A DNA stretch of 64,000 bases from Chthoniobacterales bacterium (lineage in GTDB: Bacteria; Verrucomicrobiota; Verrucomicrobiia; Chthoniobacterales; Chthoniobacteraceae), in the NCBI GenBank assembly GCA_038207335.1, contig JBBQZX010000016.1, positions 1 through 64,000 of the forward strand, given 5' to 3'. Below are more notes on the stretch, generated by a model. That model was not told the DNA's origin. It did not search any database and saw only the letters and a list, made by a program, of their open reading frames with translations. The first letter of the stretch is position 1. The letters are not shown here.

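Larger units (their letters stand above)
40000..64000 (-). repeat. About 34 copies of a beta-rich repeat of about 125 aa (LGDGTTDFVSLTNG...PGVxFSG...NNTTAAVNETF...LxLPAGPYLRV...GQTLSGxFAFEQ)
   Basis: LPAGP-type motifs counted by eye, spaced about 365-390 nt where uninterrupted. Copies are diverged at the DNA level. Confidence 0.9.

Noticed and set aside
1726..63659. Numerous long plus-strand and alternative-frame ORFs (e.g. 2087..5209, 22640..26086, 49163..52429)
   Set aside because: These are shadow ORFs from high GC and biased codon usage of the giant gene. The translations are low-complexity (Arg/Ala/Pro/Ser/Val-rich) and mirror its repeats.
63974..63976. GTG as the start codon of the giant protein
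   Set aside because: The frame stays open to 64000 and encodes the conserved repeat motif LGDGTTDF, with no signal sequence or upstream stop.
1616..64000. Toxin, intein/Hint, protease or NRPS/PKS catalytic domains in the giant protein
   Set aside because: I saw no convincing catalytic motif by eye. An HMM scan is needed to exclude them, and the N-terminal part is outside the window.

Overview
GC-rich bacterial DNA, plausibly PVC superphylum (Verrucomicrobia/Planctomycetes; inferred from attC style and giant-protein motifs, not verified). The window has two parts. (1) 1-1631 is a small mobile region. At 1-339 (minus strand) is the left end of an IS110-family element: a recombinase N-terminus (MKQPPKPAPQVRAGIDV...) running off the left edge, preceded by a non-coding region with bridge-RNA architecture (target-binding loop 192-269, donor-binding loop 106-185). 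The target guides spell TCGTT-AG-GCGTC, which is the R' box of the integron attC sites in this array, and the IS sits exactly at such a site. Downstream are two integron-type gene cassettes (a secreted C39-like cysteine peptidase and a small lipoprotein), a complete attC (1051-1173) and a second, half-degenerate attC that overlaps the stop codon of the next gene. No integron integrase is visible. (2) 1616-64000 (minus strand) is one uninterrupted ORF of at least 20,794 aa, still open at the right edge. It encodes a giant RTX-type surface/secreted protein with about 34 beta-rich 'LPAGP' repeats, a seven-motif FG-GAP propeller split by an insert, FliD/flagellin-like inserts, Ig-like, PPC-like, Calx-beta-like and PKD-like domains, often nested inside one another. 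Domain counts and boundaries were made by eye and are approximate.
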